Of a stretch of 64,000 bases of DNA, positions 13,597 through 25,442 are shown one piece after another (the first letter of the stretch is position 1; every line of letters begins with the position of its first letter). The position numbers and the translations under genes were made by a program. The notes under the pieces were generated by a model. It made no database searches. It worked only from the letters and a program-made list of their open reading frames with translations, and was not told the DNA's origin. The stretch comes from Monocercomonoides exilis PA203 (lineage: Eukaryota; Protista; Preaxostyla), in contig LSRY02000015.1 in NCBI GenBank assembly GCA_001643675.2, positions 1,364,001 through 1,428,000 of the forward strand, given 5' to 3'.

Positions 13597-13836
13597 GGGT
13601 GATTCTTTTTGAAAAGTCACAAATGTTTAATTTTCAAATATATCAAAAATTTCATATTTTGCTCAAATTTCTGTTAACTAATATCAAACTTCACTTAAAC
13701 GGAATCAATTTCTTGATAATGCAATTTCAAACATTCTTGAGGAGATTCGTGTGTGGAAACAGAAATTTGTTCGAAATATGAAATTTTTGATATATTTGAA
13801 AATTTAACTTTTGCTACTTTTCAAAAAGAATTACAC
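13597..13836. mobile_element. MITE, GGGTGATT family A (240 bp, ~85-bp imperfect TIRs, ATAT flanks)
   Basis: gggtgattctttttgaaaagtcacaaa...ttttcaaaaagaattacac, ATAT on both sides. A homologous copy lies at 48881-49120. Confidence 0.85.
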
Positions 13837-13912
13837 ATATAGGTCTCAATTTTTGCATTTAAGAAAAATTCAATAATTTTTTCCATTCTTTTTTCTATTT
13901 TCAAAGAGCATA

Positions 13913-14835
13913 CACCATTTATTATTCAAATTTGGTAAACTTATTATTCGAAATTGTTAAACTTATTATTCGAAATTGGAAAACTTCTTATTCAAAATTA
14001 ATAAAATTCAGTATTTTTTATAAAAATATTTTTTGATATAATATGATCACTGGCTGATTGTCAGAAAGTGATTAAAATTTTTTGTTTTTTTCATTATCAA
14101 TAAAAAGGATGAAAAATTGAACCCCGATTTTTATTATTTGTGAATAAACATGAAAATTTCTGTTTTTTCAGAAAAAAATCATCATTCATGAAATCGGTAA
14201 TTTTTCAAATGAATTCATCTCCTATTGTTAGATTGTGAATTATTAAATAGAAAATTTTTATAATATAAAAATTCAAGTGCTGGAAACAACAAAAAACGAA
14301 TTTGAAATTATCCATTTGAATCCAATAATAATTCTTCATTTGTTTTTTGTTGTTTCCAGCACTTGAATTTTTATATTATAAAATTTTTCGATTTAATAAT
14401 TCACAATCTAACAATAGGAGATGAATTCATTTGAAAAATTACCGATTTCATGAATGATGATTTTTTTCTGAAAAAACAGAAATTTTCATGTTTATTCACA
14501 AATAATAAAAATCGGGGTTCAATTTTTCATCCTTTTTATTGATAATGAAAAAAACAAAAAATTTTAATCACTTTCTGACAATCAGCCAGTGATCATATTA
14601 TATCAAAAAATATTTTTATAAAAAATACTGAATTTTATTAATTTTGAATAAGAAGTTTTCCAATTTCGAATAATAAGTTTAACAATTTCGAATAAAAAGT
14701 TTAACAACTTCGAATAATTAGTTTACCAAAATCGAATAATTAGTTTAACAATTTTGAATAATTAGTTTATTAATTTCGTATAATTAGTATCCAATTTCGA
14801 ATAATAAGTTTACCAAATTTGAATAATAAATGGTG
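13913..14835. mobile_element. Non-autonomous foldback element (923-bp palindrome, CACC...GGTG termini, 22-bp subterminal repeats)
   Basis: Left arm 13913-~14297 is the near-perfect reverse complement of ~14341-14835, with a ~40-bp loop. Unit aaacttattattcgaaattgtt occurs about 4 times on the left and about 9 times on the right. Flanks cata/caga. Confidence 0.9.
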
Positions 14836-15309
14836 CAGAATAACGCTTTAAGACTTGAGCAAATGAGTGTATCAGAATGTTAATTATTTTATATTTGAAA
14901 TAGAAAATATTGCGCATCAGCTTTTTTAATGAGCCATAGGTGTTTATTACGATGCAAAATACCATTCTGATTGTTGAACATGCATTTTGGTATTATGAAA
15001 TGCTTCTTCCACAATAAAAAATGAAATAAATACATGGAAAACATCAGAATGCATTGCCTTCAATTCAATATTCGCTAAATGTTTTTCATTTGCTATTTTT
15101 AGCTATAGAGGCGGATGAATTACAGAAGTCAATATATACAAGCAGACAATGGTTTGTGATTGTTGTGTTAATGTTCAACAGGCATCGATACAGGGGTAAT
15201 TATCTTTCGTTCTTCAGAAAAATAAATCAGAAAATATTCGTTGTTAACGCATGTATCATATTTCATTTTGCTAAAAAATTCAAAAGACACGTGTCATTAA
15301 GCAATCGAA

Positions 15310-16192
15310 TTTTGAAACTTAACGGATGATGTTGTGATTTCAAATTTCCTGTTTTCCCGTTGCTACTCCTCGTGTGGAACTTGCAATGTATTTATATATA
15401 TATATTCAAATAATTTTGGAATTTTGTTTTATTACTATATTTTCCGCAACAATATATGCGTAAAAAGTGGACAAGGTATTTTTTTTAAAATCAACAGCAA
15501 ACAATATTGATTCCACCTGTTATTCCAGAAGTAATATATTAAATAGAATCAGCACAATTTATTAAAAAGTTGTTGATAAATGTTAATGGCTTCGCAACGA
15601 TTTTGTAAGAGTGAGATTTGTTTCCTCTGTACAAAAGCAACCAAATGCCAAAGATACATATGTGTGTGGGCTGGATAAAAGCTATCCTTGCAACACCATC
15701 GGCCATTGTTTAACACAACTGATTCCAGACTTTGTCACCAATGTTGAAGTATTTTCAGAGACGATAAGAGAGACGAAGAGTGTGGACTGTGGAACAAATG
15801 CTTTCACGATATATGACCAAAGTGATTCAACAACAACTGTGCAGTCAGAGTTGGAAGCAGCTGGGTTGGCTCTTTTTTCTGTCTCGACAGGAACATTGAC
15901 TGTCAATGATCTTGCACTTGTGCATGACTCAGAATATGAAAATAATCGTGGGTCAAGGCAGTTTGAGATAAGTGGAGCAGGAGAGATGCATGTTTGCAGG
16001 ATGAACATATTTGCCGGAAGTGGGCAATCTTCAGAAACAGCATTCACCACTGAACTGATCAATATCCAGAATGGGGTATTGCAGATGGAAAATGTTAACA
16101 GGGTAATTACAATCTCCGCAACTTCATTGTTTTCTTTATCTTTCATTAATGAAATTATTCATAAATCTTTTCAAAAAACTTCATTTTCATAA
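15310..16192 (+). pseudogene. Decayed paralog of the surface protein at 60884->64000
   Basis: ORF 15611-16192 (RFVSSVQKQPNAKDTYVCGLDKSYPCNTIGHCLTQLIP...GSGQSSETAFTTELIN) aligns with 62462-63000 (MRFVSSTETQPNAKDTFACGLNESHPC...). Homology extends upstream (DDVVISNFLFSRCY vs DKVVISNCLFCHCY) through stops and frameshifts, and the ORF ends abruptly. Confidence 0.85.
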
Positions 16193-17130
16193 TAGAAAGA
16201 ACAGAGATGAATCTTCTTGTTGCAATTGGAAAGAAAAAGAAGTTCACTTGGATAGCGATTGGCATGACACACTCCTCAAACATCAATAGATTAGAAATGA
16301 AAGACTGATTAGAGTGCTGATCAATAAAAAGCTAAAGACTGAAAAGAAACCGAATGTGAAGAATGAGAAGAAGAGGTTCACATGCGAAGCTATGAAGCCA
16401 AGGCGTCGAGGAAGAAAGTGGCTAGCAGGCACTATTTTTATGCATAAGTTAAAAAAGATTCAACATTCATCCTAACAACGATAAAGCCACTTACGAAGAC
16501 AATGTTTGCCACAAAGTTCATTTAACACTTTCCTTTCATCCCAAAAAGCAATAATACACCCGAGAAGCCAATTTTAATGTCCATCCTCAGCACGCTTGTC
16601 CCGTCGTGCACATTCCATTCAGCAGAGCTATCAATGGAACACTTTCCTAAAGAACAACTACTCAAATCTCTGCAAGCTTATCCATGGTTTCTTCTTCCTT
16701 GAGAGCTTTCATATCAGAAAATCCTCTGCCAGAAGCTAAATATTCATTTTCATGTTAATTCGAACGTTTCTTTCCTTCTCTCAATCTCTTTTCATTCTTC
16801 CTTTCTTCACCCACTCTCACTTATCAAACAAATTATCTCCTATTAATGTAATATTCTTTCCTCCATCGACTGTATTATTGCTTCCGTCATCTTCTTTTCC
16901 ACTGTTTTCTTCAGCTTTGCAAACAAATATATATGCTCATTCATCACAGTTGCCGTTGAAAAATGTTCATTGCAGCTCATGGATAAAGTCTATTTGTTCG
17001 ATGCTTCGCACTCTACATACTTCAGAATTAAAAGCACTTCTTTTCATTCACTTTTTTTAAAAAGTAATAAATCCTATATTCAAAAATTGGTAATGTTTTG
17101 TGTTTTTAATAAAAGATTCACATAACATAT

Positions 17131-17388
17131 GTGTGATTATTTTAGAAATCATAACTTTTTTATGGGTGTTTATAATTATCTTAATTCATTGTCATTTGTT
17201 AAATTAATCTCTTTCAAATATAAAATGTTAATCTATCGTTTTAAAAGCCATTGTTTGACGAAAAAAAATCGCAGAGGCTTCATCATATATATCTATCACT
17301 TTTCATGGTTCTTTTTGAAATTTTTCAATAGAATGTTTAAAACAGAGTTTTTTTTTTAGAAAAAATATGATTTCAAAAATAATACTCC
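17131..17388. mobile_element. Degenerate MITE, GGGTGATT family B
   Basis: gtgtgattattttagaaatcataac...atatgatttcaaaaataatactcc, homologous to 57549-57802. Flanks atat/agat. Confidence 0.7.
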
Positions 17389-19172
17389 AGATTCTTTATG
17401 ACTATTTTTCCTGGAATTTGCGATTATTTTTTTACCATTTGTAAAAAAAAAGTTTTCACAGAAAAACTTCAGCATTTCACGTCGCTGTCACGATAATGAA
17501 ATGTTTTAATTGCAACAACGTTATCAAATTTGAAACAAGAATTTGAAACAAAATAAAATAAACGAGGATTGTTTTAAAAACACATTTTTTGCAATTTCAT
17601 CTTTGAACAGACGAACGAAAGAAATAGTTTGAAAAATGCAAATTTGAAACGAAGCTCAACTTCTTTATATAACTTTTCAACAAGAGATCAAAACAACAAA
17701 GATTTCGATATGAATCTTTTTATCTGATATAGAAGTTTAAGCATATCTCCATATTAGAAAGCAAAAAATAATCAAACATAAACAGTCATTTTTTCTCCCC
17801 ACAACTAATCTGAACTTTTTCATTCAAATGATCTCGGCAAAGATCTGTCGATGTCCCATAGAAAAGAAAATTTATTCGAAAGCAGATGGCAATTCATTTA
17901 TATTTCAAATCATTAATAATTATCAATTCAAAAAAAATCAAAAAAAAAAGTTGTTTACATGTGTTTTGAATAAAAAAATTCTATTCGAAATTATTAAAAT
18001 AAATTAATATTGAATTGCCTGTCGACTTGTCGAGTTGTGTAAAAAATGAAAGTCTGTCATATGGGCTAAAATGCATTCACCAAAGCATTGATAAATTTGA
18101 AATTATCCATTATCAAGAATTAATCATTTCACTTTTTAAATAAAATTAACTTCATGTATTTTATGAAATAAACAAATTCACAAGATTCAGCATGTTTAAA
18201 CAAAAATGGTGAAATGTTAAAATACACTTAAATAAATGGTTCAAAATATAACGAATAAGTAACAAATACGTAAAATACAGTTGTTTTTGTGAATATCGTG
18301 ACAAAAACTCGCAACAGCAATCAGTCAAGAAAATACGAGCAAAACATTGATTGAAATATAAAAGTTCAAAATTATCAGATCATTTTTCTGATATGGTTTT
18401 TATCAAAAAAAATTTGATGCACAGTATTTTAACATGTTTATTGCTTATGTTATGAAACAGATTTGCAAGCCTTTTCGATATGAAGATGTTGAAAATAATT
18501 TGTGGTTTAAATAAAAAAGTGGTTTCAATAAAAATACTCACCCAATAAACCTGGTGTTAATGAAAATCAGGCATAAACAATTTTTTTCTGAATTATTTGA
18601 TACCAATCAATGTTTTTTCTCAATCAACATTTGTGTTTTCAAATTTTTTTCGCATTTGAAAAAATAAATAAATAAATATTTAGGTCCTTCTTTCAAATAA
18701 AAACACAATCATTAAAATTGATTATCAAAATTTAGACTATTTTTTTCAGCAAGAAGCAAAAGTGAATAACAAATGAACGATGATGCTAATATTATTTTTT
18801 TAAAAAAAAACTGAAAAATAAATAATGCTAATAGATTTATCAAGGACTGAACACAGCCTCAACTATGAAAATAGTGCATGACATTGTGCCATAGATATAT
18901 AATACATAATGAAATTAGAAAACAAAAAAAAACAAAAAAAATAAAAAATAAAAAGAAAAAGAAAAAAAGAAAAAAAGAAAAGATAAAAAAATATCAAAAA
19001 CTTAAAATCGCTAATTTGTTAACAACAAATAAGCATATCAATAAAAATATAAAACATCAGCCAAACTGGTTTAACTTATGAATAAAATCAAAATAGAAAA
19101 AATAATAAGCATGTGACTTTTCTTTGTCAAAATTTATTAACAACAATCACTGATTTCACTCCTCCATTTTTC

Positions 19173-22100
19173 TCAGTAGTTCCGAGACCTTCTCTTCCTG
19201 ACAACAACAATTACGATAATCACAACAACCACCACAATCACAACAACCACAATAGGAACAACAATAGCAACCACAGTTCCTGCATTTGACTTCTTCTTTT
19301 CTGGTTCTGGCTCATCTTTCGGTTCTTTGTGCTTCAGGTATTTTTCATACACATCTTCAGGAGCAGCCTTTTCATCTGTTGCTCCCACAATCCATCCTTT
19401 GTTGTCATCGTTGTAATTCTTCGCAAACTCAAATGCACCATCTTTTTTGCTGAACTTATCAAAGTCTTCCGCAATAATGCACAAAGATGCCACTGAATTT
19501 TCTCCTTTGTTACTGTCCAACTCAAGTTTTCCTTCACCTGGAAGTTTCAAATTATCAACTGCATCTTTCACTTCAATGAGAATAGCTCCTGCCTTTCCAC
19601 TTGCTGCTTCACACGATTTGAATGAACATTTCTTTTCTCTTCCCATTTCCACTTTTGAACCATTATCAACCATCTTGATCATAACACCTGCAGACAATCC
19701 CTTCGATGATTTCACATCATTCATGCTCAACCCTTCTATTTTGACACTCGATGCTTTCTTATCTGAATCTTTTATGCTTATTGCTGCTCCATCTGTCACA
19801 CTCACTTTATTGATCTCAACTGTATCTAATTTGACTGAAGAGGCACTTTCAATATCAAACATTGAATTTTCGAATTTCACTTCATTATCACCTTTGCATT
19901 CAATATCTTTCATAGAAAGTTCTCCTTCTGTCACTTTCACAAGATGGATTTTCGCAATTTCTTCATCATTTGTGGGTGCGTCTGGCTTTGGTCTCACAAA
20001 TTTGCAGTTCACAATACTCAACTTAGCATTTTCACAGTCTGCAACAATCAACGAGGATGTCTCGGCATTTGATTCCTTTGTCTCATCAAATGATAGTGGG
20101 AATTTGAAGGAAATTCCTCTGAACTCAACTTCACTCTTGCATGTGAACAAATGACCACTTGATTTAGCACTGCAATCAAGAGTAACTTCTGTCTCAATTT
20201 CTTTTTCTGATTCTTCTCCATTTGTTTTGGTTACACCAACAATCGTTATCAATGATAATTTCTCAAGTTCAACAGCTTCAGCTTTGATTGGTTCATTCGT
20301 TTTGATGATGTTGATCTTGAAATTTTCTCCTCCAACACCAACTCCTAACAAAATGTACGCTGAATCCAGTTTTTTCTTTGGGTTGTCATAGCTCAATCCA
20401 TCTTTGCTATCATCTGTTGCTCCTTCACTTACATACACATTTGTAATAGGATCAAAATACACTTCTGTGAAATCAACTTCATTAGCATTATCTGCTCCTT
20501 TTGCAACAACAAAGCCTTCATTCGTTCCTTTCTTGTATCCAGATGCAAAGCTTTTCTTCATTGCTGCCGCAATCTCTCTGTGAAGGCTGACTGGCACATC
20601 CAAATATAATCCTGTGTTCTTTTCAGCATTCGAAGTTGTTTCTGCCTCTCCTGCCTTGCAATTAGTGAAAACCAAATTATCTCCTGTTTCTGGCCATGTC
20701 AGTTCATCTGCATTTGTTACGTTTTTCATCTCCAGATATATTGCTCCTGATTTCCCTTTTGAACATGTGCAATTTTCAAATGTTGTTTTACCAGTGTTTC
20801 CAATGGAGAATGTGCTTTCTGCATGTTCGCTCTTAACAAATAATGTTCCGGTTGTTGCAGTTGTCTCATTTTCCGATTTGCATTCTGTGAATGTGCATGA
20901 ATCCAATTTCACTGAAATAGCAGCTTCTTCTTTTCCAACAATTTTCACCACAGCACTATCTTTTGATGTGATCTTCTTCAGATTCAATGATGTCAATGAA
21001 ACAGTTGTTATTGTTCCATCAACTAAAAATGGTGTTGTTGAAAATTTCACTTCGTTATCCGATGTGCATTCGACTTTATTCATTGTCAGTGTTCCTGCAC
21101 TCACTTTCACAAGGTGGATTTCAACTGTTCCATCACCAGTATTTGAAAGCATCCCATCTGAATGGGAGGCTTGTGTTGGTCTCTTAAACTCGCAGGACTC
21201 AATTGTTAGTGATGTTGATTCGCTTCCTGCTGATATCAATGCAAATGGTCCTGTAACATTTGAATCAGTTTCATCATCATCATCTTCTTGTTTTGCTGGA
21301 AAGTCAAAAATCAAATTCTTGAATGTCACTGTCTTTTGACAGGTGAATAAATCCTTTTCAGATACATTGCCACAATCAATCTCAACTTTAGTGTCAGCTT
21401 CGTTTCCAGTTTCCTCTGCTTCCACCACTCCTTCGATAGTAATTCCTGTCTCTTTTGAGAATGTCACAGCTTCTGCTTTAAGGACTGCTTGGTTGGAATT
21501 TTCTTTTTCTTTTAATATTTTGATGGAAAATTCTCCTAACCCTTTTGATTTCTCTAATAATTCATAAGCTTTTTTTATTGTTGAAAATGGTTTTCCTTTT
21601 GTTCCATCAGCTTTGTTGTCGTCGTTTGCTCCACTTTGAACATATGCCTCATGTGGATCAAAATATATTGCAGTGAAATCTATGTCTTCACTATTTTTTC
21701 CCTTAGCTGCAACAAACCAGTCATTTGTTCCTTCCACATAATTTTTAGCGAATTGCTGTTTCATTGCTTTAGCTATGGCCTGAAGCTTGTCATCAGGAAC
21801 TTCCAAGTATAAAAACGTTTGTTTCTCTGATTCAGCTTTGCACCCACTAATCTTCAATTTTTCTTCCTCAGGCCATATCAGTTTTTCTGCACTTGAAATT
21901 GCTGTCATTTTCAGATATATCCCCCCTGATTTCCCTTTGGCACATTCACACGAAGTGAATGTTGTTGCTGCATTTAAAAATCGTTTGCTTTCGGAAATAT
22001 TAAACGTACTTTCTGATTGATTACTTTCAACATACAATGCTCCACTTGTGGCATTCGTCTCTTCTGTGGATTTGCAATTGATAAATGTGCACCCATGGAC

Positions 22101-22922
22101 ATTGACTTCAATCTTTGCATCACTTTTTCCCACAATTTTCGCCACAGCACTTTTACTCGACTCTATGTTCTTAAATGTTGATGCAATCAATGTGACTTTT
22201 GTTGCATCCTCAATTAAAAACGGAGTGGTTGAAAACTTTGCAATATTGGTTTCATCCTTGCAAGATACTGCCTCCATGTTGAATTCGCCTGCTTCCACTT
22301 TCACCAGATGAATACCGACAACACCTGTTTCTGCTTCCGTACGCACAAAATGGCATGCACTAATTGTTAGATTCGGTGACAGCTTCGTTGATTCTGTTGT
22401 CGTAACTGAATGATCAGTTGACTCTGTAGCTGAATTCTCTTCATTTTTGACTAAACGAATAATTGCCCATGTGCTTTCTTCATTAGATGCATTCCCAAGT
22501 GATGATGGATATATAAACTTCAGATGCTTGAAAGTCACATTTTGCTTACAGTTGAATATATCCTTGCTCGAACCAGTATCGCCATTTCCTTCAGAAAGAT
22601 ATGTACAGTTTATTTCAACTAACTCAATAGTCTTATTTTCAGTTTGTTTTCCCCTGATCATTAATGAAACGTTTTTATCAAATGCATTCATTCCTGCAAC
22701 TAATGCATCACTTCCTTCTTCTTGCTTAATAACTGTAATGATGCATCCTTTAGCATTTTCATCTGTAAGATTATTATATGCCTCACTAATCTTTCCTGCG
22801 GGACTATCTTCTGTTCCATTTCCATTTTTCCCGCTTTGAACAAACACTTCTTTAACGTCACCTTCTTCGTTATCTGCATATATGGAAAGCACAACTTGCA
22901 AAAATACTAATTTCAGAAACAT
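19173..22922 (-). CDS. Type I membrane surface protein with three ~400-aa beta-helix-like (pectin-lyase/Pmp-like) repeats
   Basis: Uninterrupted ORF with signal peptide MFLKLVFLQVVLSIYA (ATG 22922). Three modules each begin [F/Y]V-x-x-G...[DN]G...P...AY and carry FxxC and SG[A/G][I/L]Y motifs. A Val/Ile transmembrane helix is followed by the short tail RKRRSRNY. Confidence 0.88.
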   Translation of the reverse strand: MFLKLVFLQVVLSIYADNEEGDVKEVFVQSGKNGNGTEDSPAGKISEAYNNLTDENAKGCIITVIKQEEGSDALVAGMNAFDKNVSLMIRGKQTENKTIELVEINCTYLSEGNGDTGSSKDIFNCKQNVTFKHLKFIYPSSLGNASNEESTWAIIRLVKNEENSATESTDHSVTTTESTKLSPNLTISACHFVRTEAETGVVGIHLVKVEAGEFNMEAVSCKDETNIAKFSTTPFLIEDATKVTLIASTFKNIESSKSAVAKIVGKSDAKIEVNVHGCTFINCKSTEETNATSGALYVESNQSESTFNISESKRFLNAATTFTSCECAKGKSGGIYLKMTAISSAEKLIWPEEEKLKISGCKAESEKQTFLYLEVPDDKLQAIAKAMKQQFAKNYVEGTNDWFVAAKGKNSEDIDFTAIYFDPHEAYVQSGANDDNKADGTKGKPFSTIKKAYELLEKSKGLGEFSIKILKEKENSNQAVLKAEAVTFSKETGITIEGVVEAEETGNEADTKVEIDCGNVSEKDLFTCQKTVTFKNLIFDFPAKQEDDDDETDSNVTGPFALISAGSESTSLTIESCEFKRPTQASHSDGMLSNTGDGTVEIHLVKVSAGTLTMNKVECTSDNEVKFSTTPFLVDGTITTVSLTSLNLKKITSKDSAVVKIVGKEEAAISVKLDSCTFTECKSENETTATTGTLFVKSEHAESTFSIGNTGKTTFENCTCSKGKSGAIYLEMKNVTNADELTWPETGDNLVFTNCKAGEAETTSNAEKNTGLYLDVPVSLHREIAAAMKKSFASGYKKGTNEGFVVAKGADNANEVDFTEVYFDPITNVYVSEGATDDSKDGLSYDNPKKKLDSAYILLGVGVGGENFKINIIKTNEPIKAEAVELEKLSLITIVGVTKTNGEESEKEIETEVTLDCSAKSSGHLFTCKSEVEFRGISFKFPLSFDETKESNAETSSLIVADCENAKLSIVNCKFVRPKPDAPTNDEEIAKIHLVKVTEGELSMKDIECKGDNEVKFENSMFDIESASSVKLDTVEINKVSVTDGAAISIKDSDKKASSVKIEGLSMNDVKSSKGLSAGVMIKMVDNGSKVEMGREKKCSFKSCEAASGKAGAILIEVKDAVDNLKLPGEGKLELDSNKGENSVASLCIIAEDFDKFSKKDGAFEFAKNYNDDNKGWIVGATDEKAAPEDVYEKYLKHKEPKDEPEPEKKKSNAGTVVAIVVPIVVVVIVVVVVIIVIVVVRKRRSRNY

Positions 22923-23761
22923 TTTCAATTGATGTTCTTTTCTCAATACAATCAAAGATCTACGAATGTATAAATTGTAAAATCATTATTGGAATTTATG
23001 GTTCAAAACATACTTCGTATTTTTTGGTATTTTTCGAATTATCATTATTTTATTTTAATAATCGAGTTGAGAGAATATATTCGTCAATAGTATTCATTAA
23101 AAATATCTTTGAAACAATGTTATTAACAAATGAAAATCTCTGTTTCAATTTTTCTCTATCATTAATATTTTACTTTTCACTGATTGTTATATGAACATAT
23201 CTGTGCACATTCAAAATACTGCACTTACATGTTGAATTGCGTATGTATTTATCAAATGAAAATATCCTTCAAAGATTTAATTTGATTCTTATGAGTTATG
23301 CAATTATCTGTTTTTTTATATAAAGTGAGTTATCGCACATAATGGAAATGTATTCAACAAACATTGTATTTGAAGGATCCATTTTAATGAGATGATTTCA
23401 TTTTTGTTAGACTGAGTTCACATGAAAAAAAAAGAATCTATTAAAGAATTATTCTTCTTTTTGAATGAGAATGCAAGACTTTTAATGACATGATAGCAGA
23501 AATAGTTAGGAATAAAATGTTGTTTTTTCATAAATAAAAAAATCATGCCCCACTTTCGTTGTGATTTGATCATGAATGTTATCAAAATGGGATTATTAGA
23601 AAATGAACTGTATCCGAAAACACATACAGTTAATGATATTGTCGCTGCAAAAATTCAATTTTTGAGGAAAAATCTCATTTTGCATTTAAAATTCGATCAA
23701 AACTCAAATGAAAGAATGATTTCAAAAAGGATTAGCCAAATGAAATAAAATCATAAAAGCA

Positions 23762-23806
23762 AAAAAGAAAAGAAAAGAAAAGAAAAGAAAAGAAAAGAAA
23801 GAAAAA
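23762..23806. repeat. (AAAAG)n microsatellite
   Basis: About 8 tandem AAAAG units. Confidence 0.9.
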
Positions 23807-25442
23807 TCCAGTTTCTTTTTCATTTTATTTTTTTAAGATTCAACAATTGTGTGTATCTTACAAGTTGAATCTATCTTTTGCATTTCTAGTTCATAAAATA
23901 CATCATTCATTTGCTCTTTTATCGTTTCAAACTTCTTCTCCAAATCCTCATTCCTCAAAGTGAACCAACAACTTTAACAAAAAGAGTATGGAATTGTGGA
24001 ATTGTTAACAACCTGACTGCCAAAGCTTGGCTCATCTTCATCAGTTCTCTTTTCATTTTCCCAATGATATACGTTTCGCTCTTCCTTCTCTTTTCAATTT
24101 TTTTTTGTGTGCGCATTTTCTCGTATCATTCAATTCATTCAATTATCGTTTTTGTTTTCATAAGATTTCTTATGAGTTTTTTCATTTTTTTCGTTGTCTC
24201 TTTTCTCAAATATCGTTCTTTTCTCATCCAAATCATCTCTTTTGTGCAAATTCTCTTTCCTTCTCTTCTCAAATCAACTTTCAACTCAAATTTCATATCC
24301 AAACATCTTCGAATCCCAAATGCAACCTTAATTAAATATCATTCTTTTTTTATCATTCGCATTCATCGTATTCCCCACATTTGGGTTCTTTTTTCTGTTC
24401 ATTTCTCTTTATTCACATTTCTTCTTCGTTGCTTGCTTTTTCTCTCAATCAACTGCGCCATGATCAAAATCAACTCAGGACAGATGAACCAACAAACTAC
24501 CACAGATAGCGGGATCATTGGAAGAGAACAAGAAATCTTCAAGAGAATATTTATTCGTTCAGATACGTCAAAGGAAGTATTTGAATATGATTTCTCAGAA
24601 CTAACCAAGTTTCTATTTTTATTGGAAGAAAGCCCTATATATTCAATTGTGGAGGAAGATGAAGAAGTCACTGATTGATTCAGACTCCCCAGACTCTTCT
24701 CCCTTCATTTCTAAATCATTTTATTCTTCCTCTTCACTTCTTCTCACTTCTTCCCCTGCTCGAAATTGTACTTCGCCTCTTGGTTTGCCTCCTCTGCAGC
24801 TGCTTTTTCTTTCGAATCAGCAGCCGCTCAATCAAAACCCCAACATAATCTTTTTCGTGATCCTTCTCTTCATTGCATTCAGCAAAGTTCTCCATCTGCT
24901 CGAAGAGCTCCATTCTTCTTCTGATAAAAGCGCTCCTTCATTCTTCTTTTCCACACTTAACTCCTTTCTCTCTCTCTCTTATTGTCCTCCGGCACCAATG
25001 AAAAATGTCTAAATCCACTCAAATTCTGTGGATGAGTGAAAAGTTGGGAAATTTCACATTATTTGGCACCTGCAACTGCACAGCGATTGAGAGAAAGAAT
25101 AAGTGCAGAACAAGAATATATCGACAAGCACATCGCAATAGCGAGTGAACATGAGCTGAGACGATGGCTGAACGGTACTGGTACCAGATGGAGAGCAAAA
25201 GGAGAAAGATGAAGCTGAAGAAGATAATGGGAACGTTGATGATGAAGAAGTTTAAGAACAAGGAGAAAGAGATGATGCCTTGGAGATGAAAGAGTGTATT
25301 GATGCGATGAGCGAATGAGGTGAAGGAGAAAAAGAAGAGGAAGATGAAAAAGAGGAAGAAGAAGGTGAAGAAGAAGAGGAAAAATTGCACGAATATTTTC
25401 ACAGAAAGAAAAAGGGTAGAAGCGATGAAAGGGAGCAAACTC

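Noticed and set aside
13921-14830. Regular 22-bp repeats resembling a CRISPR array or iterons
   Set aside because: The units are contiguous with no unique spacers, are mirrored in both arms of a palindrome, and there are no cas genes. They are subterminal transposon repeats.
19447-22839. Long antisense ORFs opposite the surface-protein gene
   Set aside because: They have no motifs and are expected from sense-strand codon bias.
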